A stretch of DNA of 64,000 bases from Nitrosomonadaceae bacterium (GTDB lineage Bacteria > Pseudomonadota > Gammaproteobacteria > Burkholderiales > Nitrosomonadaceae): the NCBI GenBank assembly GCA_037147395.1, contig JBAWVG010000002.1, forward strand, positions 1,962 to 65,961. Direction: 5' to 3'. The position numbers and the translations under genes were made by a program. Positions 44,056-54,483 of this stretch are shown piece after piece. The first letter of the stretch is position 1. Each line of letters starts with the position of its first letter. The notes beneath the pieces are model-generated. The model had not been told where the DNA came from. It did not search any database and saw only the letters and a list, made by a program, of their open reading frames with translations.

Positions 44056-45279
44056 CTACTGTATCGAGTACGCATAAAGTCCGCCCTTCCGAGTCTGCAC
44101 CACAATTCCATTTGGAAGATGCTCTGGATGAGCAAAGATTGAACTCTCATCGGTCGCTGCGCGAAGAGTAATTGCGCCGTCATCAATCCTGAAGAAGTTC
44201 ACGTATCCCTGAGAGTCACCCACCACCACACGCCCCCCCCGAACGGCTGGGGTCGTTAGTCTGAGACCGTTAAGTATCTCCTGCCTCCATGAGGTGGTCC
44301 CATTACTCTTTGTGTAAGCGATCACCGTGCCACGGGCCTCGCTCATGTAAATATAAGTATCATCCATGGCGAGTCCGGCGCTGCTGGATGCATCCCTCGC
44401 CCAGATCTGGTTGCCATTATTGAGTTCAAAGCACGCGATACGCCCCTGATAGGCTACAGCACAGATCTGCCAGTCATCAGCCACCGGCAGGCTAGTGATA
44501 TCAGTGATACGCTCTAGTTCAGTCGCACCCCGCGGACGAGATACGGTCGCCTCCCACTTTACATTGCCATCCAGTAAATTTAACGCCACCAGTTTACCGC
44601 CCGCAAATCCAGCAAATACCACGTCACGTTTAATCAGTACACGACTGGAATTCCTCACAGTCAGTGCCGGGGTAGCACCCTGGTACATCCACTTACGCTT
44701 ACCATTAGTCGCGTCCAACCCAAAGATTCTGCCGTCACCCGTACGAACAACAACCACCCCACTATCCACTTGAGGCGGGCCCAGTACTTCGCTGGAGATC
44801 TGCGCCGTCCACAGTGATTTCCCCGTCTCATCAAATGCTAGCACCTCACCCTTGAAGGAGCCGACCAGTACCATCCCCTCACCCACACCCACCCCACCAG
44901 AGAGCATATTCTGAGTATCCTTGATCCAGACCTGCTTACCGGTACTGGGGTCGAGCCGCATCAGTCGACCCTGTGAGTTCGATACATAGACCGCATCATT
45001 TGCAAATGCCGGCGAAAGAACTGCCACCATATTCTCTTCAGCAATACTGCTTTGCCACAGTGGTTTCGGCGCCGCGACCAGCTTCAGGCGGGCGGTCTGC
45101 TCAGCGGTGATCTCAGGTTCCTTCTTTTTAAATAGATCTACAACGGGCGACACATCGAGATCCGCAACACTCGCAACTCTTTCAACGAAACTGGCGCAGC
45201 CTGAAATCGCCAGGCTCAACATCAGCAGAAGGAGGTGACGCGAAATGTTATCGGTACTCGTTGTTGCGGATCTTCTCAC
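44056..45279 (-). CDS. bamB: Outer-membrane protein assembly factor BamB
   Basis: Lipoprotein signal with lipobox LAISGC and PQQ-like beta-propeller repeats. Lies between yfgM and der as in E. coli. GTG start. Confidence 0.9.
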   Translation of the reverse strand: MRRSATTSTDNISRHLLLLMLSLAISGCASFVERVASVADLDVSPVVDLFKKKEPEITAEQTARLKLVAAPKPLWQSSIAEENMVAVLSPAFANDAVYVSNSQGRLMRLDPSTGKQVWIKDTQNMLSGGVGVGEGMVLVGSFKGEVLAFDETGKSLWTAQISSEVLGPPQVDSGVVVVRTGDGRIFGLDATNGKRKWMYQGATPALTVRNSSRVLIKRDVVFAGFAGGKLVALNLLDGNVKWEATVSRPRGATELERITDITSLPVADDWQICAVAYQGRIACFELNNGNQIWARDASSSAGLAMDDTYIYMSEARGTVIAYTKSNGTTSWRQEILNGLRLTTPAVRGGRVVVGDSQGYVNFFRIDDGAITLRAATDESSIFAHPEHLPNGIVVQTRKGGLYAYSIQ

Positions 45280-45284
45280 GGAAG

Positions 45285-45923
45285 CTACTTGGCCTCAGCC
45301 AAGGCATCAAGCTTCATCTGAATGATATTGTGATAAGCACTCTCTGCATTGGTTCTATCGAGCGCCACTTGATAGGCTATACGGGCTTCAGACGTTTTAC
45401 CTGAGGCGGTGAGGACATCCCCCTTGCGGTCCGCATAGAGACTGCCAAAGGATCCACTATGCTTGCTCTCCACTAATTTAAGCGCTTCATCATACTTTTT
45501 CTCATCCAACAACAGACCTGCTAATCGCAGCCGTACCAGATCTTTCAGCTCACTCTCCTTGGTATGGTCCATCGCCCATTGCAATCGAGTTTTGGCCGTT
45601 TGCTTATCTCCTGCCTCGAGACTTGCTCGCGCGGAGGCCATTGCAGCACGCGGAGCATAGCCACTACTGGGAAACCCTTCTATCAGCAAGTGAGCCGCAT
45701 CAGAAATCTTCTTTGGGTCACCACTCTCATCGATCTGTTGCAGAGAAGCATACAATTCAGCCGACTGTTCGATCTGCTGTTTCTGGTATCGATTCCATAC
45801 CTGCGTTCCGACAACACCAGCGACAAGTGTTGCCACTACCACGATCACCACCGTCCCGTACATCTCCCACCAGGACTTAAGTCCATCTATCTTTTCCTGC
45901 TCTTCCAGATCATATGTTGCCAT
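45285..45923 (-). CDS. yfgM: YfgM-family membrane-anchored TPR-like protein (ancillary SecYEG translocon subunit)
   Basis: N-terminus MATYDLEEQEKIDGLKSWWEMYG followed by a single TM segment. Position between hisS and bamB is identical to E. coli yfgM. Confidence 0.85.
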   Translation of the reverse strand: MATYDLEEQEKIDGLKSWWEMYGTVVIVVVATLVAGVVGTQVWNRYQKQQIEQSAELYASLQQIDESGDPKKISDAAHLLIEGFPSSGYAPRAAMASARASLEAGDKQTAKTRLQWAMDHTKESELKDLVRLRLAGLLLDEKKYDEALKLVESKHSGSFGSLYADRKGDVLTASGKTSEARIAYQVALDRTNAESAYHNIIQMKLDALAEAK

Positions 45924-45959
45924 TTAACTTCCCAAATAAATTTAAGTACATTCTTCTAT

Positions 45960-47222
45960 TTAAATCTGCTTAAGCAGACTCACCGATTCCGTTAATCCAA
46001 CTCTGACCTGCTCTACCGCCTCACGTAGTGGCTTGATGGTGATCTCAGCAGCTTGCGCCTCATCATCTCCAATAATAACTGCAAAACGTGCACCGCTAGC
46101 GTCAGCCTTTTTCATTTGCGACTTAAAGCCTCCACCCCCACAGTGGAGGATGACCTTGAGACCCTGATCACGTAAGTACCTTACAGCCTCCCAAGCAAAC
46201 TTGGTCGCATGTTCACCCTGGTGTACTACGTATATATCCGGTCCAGCATATGGGATCTCCCGACCACACTCCTGCATTAACGCCAGCAGTCTCTCCACAC
46301 CCATGGCAAAACCACAGGCGGGTGTAGATTTTCCGCCAATCTGTTCCACCAATCCATCATAACGCCCTCCGGCGCATACCGTACCCTGCGCACCCAGTCT
46401 GTCGGTAACCCACTCAAAAACAGTACGGTTGTAGTAGTCCAACCCCCTCACCAGTCTGGGATTAATCTCAAAATCAATCTGTTGCTCACGCAGGGACTGC
46501 TGCAACCCTTCGAAATGTTTGAGCGAGTCTTCATCCAGATCATCTAACAGTCTCGGAGCGCCATCTATGATCTGCTGCATCTCCGGATTCTTGCTGTCGA
46601 GTATCCGCAGCGGGTTGCTATGAAGACGTCTACGGGCATCCTCGTCGAGATCGTCCAGATGCTGCTCTAAATAGTTGATCAATCGCCCACGATGGAGATT
46701 GCGCGATTCGACGCTGCCCAGCGTCCCAATCTCTAATCTCACATCAGTGATGCCCAGCTTGCTCCATAAACCCGCACACATGACGATATGCTCGGCATCT
46801 ATATCCGGACCGGTATAGCCCAAGGCTTCCACGCCGACCTGGTGAAACTGTCGGTAACGTCCCTTCTGGGGTCGCTCATGGCGGAACATTGGACCAGAAT
46901 AATAAAGCCTCTGCGGTCCCGCATAGAGCAGGTTATGCTCCAGCGCTGCACGCACACAAGAGGCCGTACCCTCCGGTCGCAGAGTTAGACTCTCGCCATT
47001 GAGATGGTCTAAAAAGGTGTACATCTCCTTCTCGACAATATCGGTTACCGCACCGATGGAGCGTACGAATAGATCTGTCTGCTCAACTATCGGCATGCGG
47101 ATACTGCGGTAACCAAAAGCAGCCATCCACTCTCGCACGGTCTGCTCAAAAAATTCCCAGTGATGCGCCTGGTCAGGCAGGATATCGTTCATCCCGCGGA
47201 TGGCCTGGATGGTTCTAGCCAT
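45960..47222 (-). CDS. hisS: Histidine--tRNA ligase
   Basis: [42 protein letters not shown] and GGRYDGL are class II HisRS motifs. Confidence 0.97.
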   Translation of the reverse strand: MARTIQAIRGMNDILPDQAHHWEFFEQTVREWMAAFGYRSIRMPIVEQTDLFVRSIGAVTDIVEKEMYTFLDHLNGESLTLRPEGTASCVRAALEHNLLYAGPQRLYYSGPMFRHERPQKGRYRQFHQVGVEALGYTGPDIDAEHIVMCAGLWSKLGITDVRLEIGTLGSVESRNLHRGRLINYLEQHLDDLDEDARRRLHSNPLRILDSKNPEMQQIIDGAPRLLDDLDEDSLKHFEGLQQSLREQQIDFEINPRLVRGLDYYNRTVFEWVTDRLGAQGTVCAGGRYDGLVEQIGGKSTPACGFAMGVERLLALMQECGREIPYAGPDIYVVHQGEHATKFAWEAVRYLRDQGLKVILHCGGGGFKSQMKKADASGARFAVIIGDDEAQAAEITIKPLREAVEQVRVGLTESVSLLKQI

Positions 47223-48459
47223 TGACTAACTTCTTCGGGTATTTCGCCTTCACGTAATCATCAACGATCTGACGAAACTCTCCGGCAATATTGTCACCCT
47301 TGAGTGTGACGGTCTTCTGTCCATCAACGAAGACCGGCGCCACTGGCTTCTCTCCCGACCCTGGTAAGCTAATACCGATATTGGCATGCTTACTTTCGCC
47401 GGGCCCATTGACTACACATCCCATCACAGCCAGGGTCATGTTCTCTACACCATCATACTGTTCTCGCCACACTAACATCTGGCTTCGTACATAGCTCTGG
47501 ATACTCTCCGCCAGTTCCTGAAAGTATGTGCTGGTAGTACGACCACATCCCGGACACGCTGCCACCATAGGAACGAATGCTCGTAACCCCATGGTCTGAA
47601 GAATTTCCTGTCCCACGATGACTTCACGGGTACGATCGCCCCCCGGCTCCGGGGTCAATGATATGCGGATGGTATCGCCGATACCTTCCTGTAACAGCAC
47701 CGCCAGTGCAGCGGTAGAGGCGACAATTCCCTTCGAACCCATGCCCGCTTCGGTCAACCCTAAATGCAGAGCATAGTCACATCGACTCGCAAGCTCCCGA
47801 TAAACCGAGATCAGGTCTTGAACCCCACTCACCTTGCACGATAGGACGATATGATCTCGACTCAGACCAATTTCTTCGGCCTTGGAGGCGCTCTCCAGCG
47901 CAGAGGTGATCAATGCCTCACGCATGACGTAACCCGCATCCTTCGGATCTTGGGAGCGCGCATTCTCATCCATTACGCGGGCGAGTAGCTCGGGATCTAA
48001 ACTACCCCAATTAACACCAATACGTACCGGTTTATCATACTTACAGGCAGTCTCGATCATGGCAGAGAACTGTTCATCACGTTTTTTTCCATGACCCACA
48101 TTGCCAGGATTAATGCGGTATTTCGCGAGCGCCTTGGCACAGTCTGGATACTCCGTCAGCAGCTTATGTCCATTGAAGTGGAAGTCTCCCACCAACGGAA
48201 CATAACAGCCCATGTCATCGAGACGGGCACGGATGGATGACACGGCTTGAGCCGCTATGGCGGTATTGACGGTAATACGTACCAACTCCGATCCTGTTCG
48301 AGCCAATTGCTCTACCTGTACCGCAGTGGCAATCTCATTCTCGGTGTCGGTATTGGTCATTGACTGCACCACCACCGGCGCAGCACCTCCAATAGTGACT
48401 GAACCGACCCGCACACCAACACTCTGACGGCGCTGTCTAGTAGAATTATTCTGGGACAT
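47215..48459 (-). CDS. ispG: 4-hydroxy-3-methylbut-2-enyl-diphosphate synthase
   Basis: [10 protein letters not shown]-terminal motif and Fe-S Cys ligands ([17 protein letters not shown]). Overlaps the hisS start by 8 nt. Confidence 0.96.
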   Translation of the reverse strand: MSQNNSTRQRRQSVGVRVGSVTIGGAAPVVVQSMTNTDTENEIATAVQVEQLARTGSELVRITVNTAIAAQAVSSIRARLDDMGCYVPLVGDFHFNGHKLLTEYPDCAKALAKYRINPGNVGHGKKRDEQFSAMIETACKYDKPVRIGVNWGSLDPELLARVMDENARSQDPKDAGYVMREALITSALESASKAEEIGLSRDHIVLSCKVSGVQDLISVYRELASRCDYALHLGLTEAGMGSKGIVASTAALAVLLQEGIGDTIRISLTPEPGGDRTREVIVGQEILQTMGLRAFVPMVAACPGCGRTTSTYFQELAESIQSYVRSQMLVWREQYDGVENMTLAVMGCVVNGPGESKHANIGISLPGSGEKPVAPVFVDGQKTVTLKGDNIAGEFRQIVDDYVKAKYPKKLVNG

Positions 48460-48497
48460 AATTATGGTCGCGATTGAATTTTATAAAATGTGAAATA

Positions 48498-49391
48498 TCA
48501 TTCGAGTGACAAACGCGCCACCCCACCTTTTGTATTGGTATGCTTCACCAAATTTACCAACTTATTGTTGTAGAGCAATTTAACGTTAACGGCATTTCCA
48601 ATCACTACATCGAGCGGCACCTTGCCGCGAATTACCAGCTGGCTGTCCGTGGGATTAAGCTGAGACAGGATCATCTTGCCCGTACCATCATTGATCTCAA
48701 CCCAAGACTCTTCTGCAAACGTGAAACGGAGAACTCCCTCCCCTTTACTTACTAAATCTGGCGCTGCAACGACCGCCACAATTTTTTCCCGTTGTTGCGC
48801 AGATGGGTTACTAGTTACCCGCTCGACCACCGCGACCTCTTGCAACACTGGCTCAGGCGCAAGATCGCTAGACAGAGTTAAGTTTGGTAACTCAGGCTCC
48901 AACTGCTCTACCACCGGCTCAACCTTGATTTCAGGTGCGACAGTGGCCCGGACTACCGGCTGCTGAGCCGTCTCATTCCCTTGGTAAATCTCATAAACCA
49001 GCAGCGACAGCGCCGCCGCCGACACCCCTGCAACGATCAGTCTACGCCATACTGATTTCTGATTTGATGGGAAAGGAATTTTTTCAGCTAACGGGGAAAT
49101 AATTGGCGGTGGTAGCGGCAACAATAACAGCAATGGTGTAGAGTCTATCCGCACTAACTTGGCATAATTGCGTACAAATCCGCGAAGAAACGTACCCCCA
49201 GAAAGCTTGTCGTAGTCATCCTCTTCCAATGCAACAATCTGCCGCACCGACATCCGTAGATGTTGGGCCACATCCTCAACCCTCAAACTACGAGACAGCC
49301 TCGCCTCCTGCAGCAGCTGCCCTACGCTCTGAACTGCTTCGGCTGTTTCTGCCTCTGTTAGGCCATTATCATCAGTGTCGCTAGCTTCCAT
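48498..49391 (-). CDS. rodZ: Cytoskeleton protein RodZ (HTH-XRE domain, TM segment, DUF4115 C-terminus)
   Basis: HTH region VGQLLQEARLSRSLRVEDVAQHLRMSVRQIVALEEDDY and a single TM segment. Position between rlmN and ispG matches E. coli. Confidence 0.88.
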   Translation of the reverse strand: MEASDTDDNGLTEAETAEAVQSVGQLLQEARLSRSLRVEDVAQHLRMSVRQIVALEEDDYDKLSGGTFLRGFVRNYAKLVRIDSTPLLLLLPLPPPIISPLAEKIPFPSNQKSVWRRLIVAGVSAAALSLLVYEIYQGNETAQQPVVRATVAPEIKVEPVVEQLEPELPNLTLSSDLAPEPVLQEVAVVERVTSNPSAQQREKIVAVVAAPDLVSKGEGVLRFTFAEESWVEINDGTGKMILSQLNPTDSQLVIRGKVPLDVVIGNAVNVKLLYNNKLVNLVKHTNTKGGVARLSLE

Positions 49392-49455
49392 TACTCGAGC
49401 CTACCTCCGCCTAAGTCAACATCAACAGATGCCAACCAAAACTATCAGAATTTAC

Positions 49456-50604
49456 TCAACCGGCCGCGTGTATCGTTTCTCGATCCATCCGACTCACTCG
49501 CCGCGTCTTGTCCAATACCTGACCTGCTAACTGACCACAGGCAGCGGCAATATCATCGCCACGGGTCTTTCGCACCGTCGTCACCAATCCAGCCTGCATC
49601 AACACATCCCTAAACAGCCTCACCGCCTCCGGCGACGACCGCTGGTAACCCGAGTTGGGAAAAGCATTGAATGGGATCAGATTAAATTTACAGGGGGTAT
49701 CCCTTACCAGCTGAACCAGCTCGTGAGCATGACTGATACTGTCATTGATCCCATGCAGCATGACATACTCAAAAGTGATGAAGTCCCTAGGAGCAAACTG
49801 CAGGTAACGTTGGCATGCCGCCAATAACTCTTTGAGCGGGTATTTCCGATTAATTGGTACCAACTGATCGCGCAGCTCGTTGTTGGGTGCATGTAACGAC
49901 ACAGCCAATGCAACTGGGCACCTCTCACTCAGTCGATCCATCGCAGGGACAAGCCCAGAAGTACTCACCGTTACACGCCGACGCGACAGCCCGTATGCAT
50001 TATCGTCTAACATCAAATCAAGAGCCGCCACTACATTTTCAAAATTAGCCAGTGGCTCACCCATCCCCATAAATACCACATTACTGATGGCGCGACTGCG
50101 TCCTCGAGGTTGAGCTACTTCATTCTTGTCCACAGCTGTCTGTGCCTCTACGCTGCCAGAACTCTCTCTCACCGCATTGTTTGCCAACCATAGCTGACCA
50201 ACAATTTCCGCCACCGTTAAATTACGGTTGAAGCCTTGCCTGCCAGTGGAACAGAAAGAACATTCCAGGGCACAACCCACCTGGCTAGAAATACACAAGG
50301 TACCCCGGTTAGTTTCAGGGATAAAGACCATCTCGATGCCATTACCCGCACCCACTGATAACAACCACTTACGGGTCTGATCGCTGGCGATATGATCACT
50401 GATAACTCGAGGCGGTTCGACCACTGCGGTCGCGGCAAGCTTTTCCCGCAAAACCTTCGCCAGATCACTCATACCCGCAAAGTCCGACACGCCAGACTGA
50501 TGAACCCAACGGAGCAACTGCCTAGCGCGAAATGGCTTCTCTCCAATCTCTACACAGAAATCGGCAAGACCTCTCGCACCGAAATCAAGCAGATTAACCG
50601 TCAT
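49456..50604 (-). CDS. rlmN: 23S rRNA/tRNA (adenine-C2)-methyltransferase, radical SAM
   Basis: Radical-SAM motif [12 protein letters not shown] and [11 protein letters not shown] in the N-terminal domain; 382 aa. Confidence 0.96.
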   Translation of the reverse strand: MTVNLLDFGARGLADFCVEIGEKPFRARQLLRWVHQSGVSDFAGMSDLAKVLREKLAATAVVEPPRVISDHIASDQTRKWLLSVGAGNGIEMVFIPETNRGTLCISSQVGCALECSFCSTGRQGFNRNLTVAEIVGQLWLANNAVRESSGSVEAQTAVDKNEVAQPRGRSRAISNVVFMGMGEPLANFENVVAALDLMLDDNAYGLSRRRVTVSTSGLVPAMDRLSERCPVALAVSLHAPNNELRDQLVPINRKYPLKELLAACQRYLQFAPRDFITFEYVMLHGINDSISHAHELVQLVRDTPCKFNLIPFNAFPNSGYQRSSPEAVRLFRDVLMQAGLVTTVRKTRGDDIAAACGQLAGQVLDKTRRVSRMDRETIHAAG

Positions 50605-50623
50605 GATGTCAAGACACGGCTCA

Positions 50624-51052
50624 TTATCGGCCGGAATAAATGTTTAGTGCAGGGAAGAAATAAGCGATTTCGATCGCCGCGGCCTCCGGGGCATCGGATC
50701 CATGTACAGCATTGGCATCTATGCTATCGGCAAAATCTGAACGAATGGTTCCTTTCTCAGCTTTTTTTGGATCAGTTGCACCCATCAGATCACGATTTTT
50801 TTTGATCGCATCCTCACCCTCAAGCGCCTGTACCATCACCGGTCCGGAAATCATGAACTTCACCAGATCATTGAAGAATGGACGGCTGCGATGTACCGCG
50901 TAAAACCCCTCAGCCTCAGCTTGAGAGAGATGCAGCATACGAGCGGCAATAATTTTCAGACCACTATTCTCAAAACGAGAGTAAATTTGTCCGATCACAC
51001 CCTTTGCAACTGCATCCGGTTTGATAATAGATAAAGTTCTTTCAACGCCCAT
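50624..51052 (-). CDS. ndk: Nucleoside-diphosphate kinase
   Basis: [12 protein letters not shown] and NAVHGSD (active-site His); 142 aa. Confidence 0.98.
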   Translation of the reverse strand: MGVERTLSIIKPDAVAKGVIGQIYSRFENSGLKIIAARMLHLSQAEAEGFYAVHRSRPFFNDLVKFMISGPVMVQALEGEDAIKKNRDLMGATDPKKAEKGTIRSDFADSIDANAVHGSDAPEAAAIEIAYFFPALNIYSGR

Positions 51053-51199
51053 CGAGATACTCCACTAAATTAATAAATTAAAAGCGTATTTTAACAAAAA
51101 AACCACCCCAGAAACGGGAAAAGCAAAAAGCCACTCATCCTGATCTAGCAGACAGAAGGCTTGACCATCCGAGCCTTTCGACTTCTTTTTGTTTCATCC

Positions 51200-53245
51200 T
51201 TAGTCAATTTTCATTACTTGCATACGCATCGGCCAGATGCCACGCTCAATCATCTTTGCACCTTCGAAGACAACATAACTCTGTCGACCGTAATGTGGCA
51301 GCGGACGCGCCAAAGCGGCGAGGGCAGTGACATCGCGAGCGGACACGAGCGTGACCACCGCCCCTCCCTGGCGACTTACCGTCCAAGCCTGTGCCGAACC
51401 CTTTCCCTGAACAACCCCTGGACGGATGGGTAACTGCCGGTGAGCAAGCCACGCATCAATCTGATCATGCAGACCTATCACTAGCACCGACACAGTCGGC
51501 AGGGCATTCGTCGCTGAAATTATTCTTGGTGAACGGTTCTGTAATTTTGTTGCCAATAACTCGGCTGCGGCGTATGCCTCACCGGTCTCTGGTAGCAAGA
51601 CGGATACCACCGTCTCGTCTACCATGACTTGACGCAAAATAGGAGGGGCCTCTTGTGGCATTAATTGCCGGAACAAACGCAGACCTGGATCGAGCGTAAC
51701 TTCGACCGGCCGCGCCGGAACTTCCAATGTAAAGATCTGGCGCTTTTGCTCCAGATCGAGCATTCTGACCTCCTCCCCCTCTTCAGTACGTAGCCCAATC
51801 GGCACCCGTAACTGGTAGGTAGGTGCCGATTGCTCCAATGTGATGGTCACCCTGTGTTTTGAGTCGGAATATGTACGTGCCGCTTCTGCAATACGCACAA
51901 CCGGCGCACCCGGACGCGTCAACCACTGTCTAAAAAATACCCTCAGATCTCGCCCCGATACGGTCTCAAATGCACGCTGCAAGTCCTTCCAAGAAGCGAC
52001 GCGAAAGCGCTGCTCATGCCAGAACAACTGCAACGCACGGTCGAACGTCTCTTGCCCGAGCAAGTCGCGCATCATCAGAAACACCATCGCCGCCTTGTTA
52101 TAACCGACGATCTGAGAGGCTCCATGGGTGCGTGAGGTAAACTCCGTCAATGGGGCGTCCTGGCCAGGTGCTAGCGCGGAAAAGTCTCGTAACCACCCGA
52201 CCCGCATCTCTCTCGCCGCTTCTGACCCTTCTCGCTCCTTGTAAGCATAATCCGCCATGAAGGTGGTTAGCCCCTCGGACCAATTGCCATGGGCATAGTC
52301 GGGATAAACACCATTTCCCCACCAGTTGTGTAGTACCTCATGTCCGAGCGAGGTCGCACGGATGAATGGCAGCCTCAGAACCTCGATACCGAGATAAGTG
52401 AGCGTTGGCATACCGAAACCGGTCGGTGTCGGGCTCGACACCACACTGAACTCAGTAAATGGGTACTCACCAATCCATGTCTCGTAAAATTCAATGTAAC
52501 CCTTTACCTCTTCACGATATTTTTTGGCAAGATCCCCAATTTGCGGATGAAAATAAGTACGCAGCTGGATCGACTTACCACCCGCACCACGCATTGTGTC
52601 GGTCCCGATCGTATAAGGACCGGCCATAAGATCGATCCCTTCAGAAGGAAAAGGGAATTCGAAACTCGCACGATAGCCTTCGGCTGTTTCAGATTCATCA
52701 ACCAAGCGTCCTGCAACTAAACCGCGCTGACCTGGCGGCAGCTCAAGACTAACGCGATACCGCGGAAGTGTTCCTGCTAAGTGTGGATACCAGCCACTGG
52801 AATCAGGAAGGAATGTGCCGGCAGAGCCGCTCGCCGGCTCAGTCCTGCCGAGTGTCTGCCGGTGTTCGAGTGAACTGTCCATTGGCGCAAGCTCACCCCT
52901 CCAATGAATCTCAATCCGACGCTGTCCGTGCTGACGGCGTGGAATCCGCCAGACTTGGGTATTAACACTACCTGAAATGGATTTCCCCATAGGCAGCCCA
53001 TCGACCAGAGCATGCGTCACTTCAAAACGGCGACCCAGCACCAGCGTCAACTCATCAACGGCTGATGCGGTGATGAGGCTGCGCCCTTCAATCCGACGTG
53101 AGGCCGGATCAATACGCACAGTAATGTCGTATCCGACATCCGTCTTTACACTTGGCGCTGAAGATGCAGCTGTCGCAATAAGACCCGAGAGAACGAGGCA
53201 TGTAATGCCCCTGATGACCTGCACCCTTGCTCCGATCAGGGTCAC
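51200..53245 (-). CDS. Secreted M1-family (gluzincin) metallopeptidase lacking the GXMEN exopeptidase motif, with an uncharacterised ~230-aa C-terminal region
   Basis: Signal-peptide-like N-terminus. HEVLH followed by Glu exactly 18 residues later (..GNWSEG), giving HEXXH-X18-E. Where M1 aminopeptidases carry GXMEN, the sequence reads GFGMPT. The GTG start overlaps the upstream stop (GTGA). Confidence 0.8.
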   Translation of the reverse strand: MTLIGARVQVIRGITCLVLSGLIATAASSAPSVKTDVGYDITVRIDPASRRIEGRSLITASAVDELTLVLGRRFEVTHALVDGLPMGKSISGSVNTQVWRIPRRQHGQRRIEIHWRGELAPMDSSLEHRQTLGRTEPASGSAGTFLPDSSGWYPHLAGTLPRYRVSLELPPGQRGLVAGRLVDESETAEGYRASFEFPFPSEGIDLMAGPYTIGTDTMRGAGGKSIQLRTYFHPQIGDLAKKYREEVKGYIEFYETWIGEYPFTEFSVVSSPTPTGFGMPTLTYLGIEVLRLPFIRATSLGHEVLHNWWGNGVYPDYAHGNWSEGLTTFMADYAYKEREGSEAAREMRVGWLRDFSALAPGQDAPLTEFTSRTHGASQIVGYNKAAMVFLMMRDLLGQETFDRALQLFWHEQRFRVASWKDLQRAFETVSGRDLRVFFRQWLTRPGAPVVRIAEAARTYSDSKHRVTITLEQSAPTYQLRVPIGLRTEEGEEVRMLDLEQKRQIFTLEVPARPVEVTLDPGLRLFRQLMPQEAPPILRQVMVDETVVSVLLPETGEAYAAAELLATKLQNRSPRIISATNALPTVSVLVIGLHDQIDAWLAHRQLPIRPGVVQGKGSAQAWTVSRQGGAVVTLVSARDVTALAALARPLPHYGRQSYVVFEGAKMIERGIWPMRMQVMKID

Positions 53246-54456
53246 CGCTCCTCTGCCGGAAATTTAGCGATGACCTCGATTGTCTCGCTGCCTCGTTTTA
53301 CCTTGAGCGGTAACCAAGTACCTGGCGCATGACGCTTGACCGCTGCGACAACATCCCCAGTCTGCTTAACCACCACACCCGCTACCTCGAGCATCACATC
53401 GCTATTACGCAGACCCGATACCTCAGCAATACTGCCTTTCTCAACCTGCAATACCCGTGCACCACCCTCTGAAGCAATCTCAAAGCGGATCCCAAGCCGC
53501 TGATGCTGCTGGGTAGATGAGACAAATGGTGCGACACCGAACACAGCGTCGGCCAGTCCTGTGACGAGCTGACCACACGCCTTTCCGCTATCCCATGGAA
53601 GCAACATAGCAACATCTAGAACCTTGAGATCTTTCAACTGGTGGGGGACCCCATAGCCATGCTTGATATGTCCCGCGCCCATGATCCCGACCACCAGCGG
53701 GCGGCCCGGCCTCTCGAGCGAGCGATGTATCGCTTGCGCCATCGCTCGGTCCCATAGCTGCTGGCTCTCGACAAATCGCCTAAAATCTGGATCGTCGTGG
53801 CCAATCTCAGTTTTTTTCTTACCCTCCCGTTCATGCTCTCGATATATCGGCAGCAGGTAATCAAGGTATGCGCCACTCGGATTAGCCGGTCGCGTCACTC
53901 CTTCACGCTCATTCTCCGGCACACCATCGAAACTCTTCGCGGAGATCTCCCGCCTCAAGCGCGTATCAACATTGAGCGCCACCATCGGTATCCGGTTCAT
54001 ACGCGCGAAATGGAATAGCGGCAGATAGTAACTCGCATCCGTACTCCAAACGGAGTCCCAATCTGCGGCGGCAAGAAATTCAGTCTCGGAGAACTCTCCC
54101 GCCACCCATCGATCGAGTGCCTTTTGTACCCGCCTAGGGAACATCTCAAAACCGATCACCATGTCCGGCCGGGAGGCATAAAGTGCGGCCAGCATATGCA
54201 ACTGCCAACGGTGATGCTCGAGGTTATCATGCACCTCACCGAGCAAAACTACCGACTGTTTTGCCGCACGCCCAATGACCTCGTTACTGGCTATCTTCTT
54301 GCCAGCAGGTACTACCCAACTCGCCACCGGAACACAGTCCGCACCCTCCTTATTAGTAGATTTTGATTGAGCCGATGCAAGATTGAAATCTGCCCCAACT
54401 GCCAGCAGGGCAACACCAATAAGACCCGCACATAGCGCACTCTTAGAAATTACCAT
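53242..54456 (-). CDS. Secreted ChaN/Tiki-superfamily (Cofac_haem_bdg-like) domain protein with C-terminal PDZ domain
   Basis: Signal peptide ending LASA|QS. Two GxxH motifs (LLGEVHD and IMGAGHIKHG), typical of the ChaN/Tiki/TraB/erythromycin-esterase superfamily. C-terminal PDZ-like segment GARVLQVEKGSIAEVSGLRNSDVMLEVAGVVV...LPLKVKRG. A GGAG Shine-Dalgarno lies 8 nt upstream of the ATG. Confidence 0.7.
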   Translation of the reverse strand: MVISKSALCAGLIGVALLAVGADFNLASAQSKSTNKEGADCVPVASWVVPAGKKIASNEVIGRAAKQSVVLLGEVHDNLEHHRWQLHMLAALYASRPDMVIGFEMFPRRVQKALDRWVAGEFSETEFLAAADWDSVWSTDASYYLPLFHFARMNRIPMVALNVDTRLRREISAKSFDGVPENEREGVTRPANPSGAYLDYLLPIYREHEREGKKKTEIGHDDPDFRRFVESQQLWDRAMAQAIHRSLERPGRPLVVGIMGAGHIKHGYGVPHQLKDLKVLDVAMLLPWDSGKACGQLVTGLADAVFGVAPFVSSTQQHQRLGIRFEIASEGGARVLQVEKGSIAEVSGLRNSDVMLEVAGVVVKQTGDVVAAVKRHAPGTWLPLKVKRGSETIEVIAKFPAEER

Positions 54457-54483
54457 ACTGGATACTCCATACCGTAAGTTCTG

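Noticed and set aside
50392-50805. 137-aa plus-strand ORF spanning the rlmN 5' end and the ndk 3' end
   Set aside because: It crosses an intergenic region antisense to two strongly supported genes. It has no recognisable motifs.
51140-51199. AAGGCT-N10-AGCCTT stem followed by a T-rich run on the plus strand, downstream of the M1 peptidase gene
   Set aside because: The U-run is on the wrong strand for the minus-strand genes, and there is no plus-strand gene to terminate. The 6-bp stem is weak.
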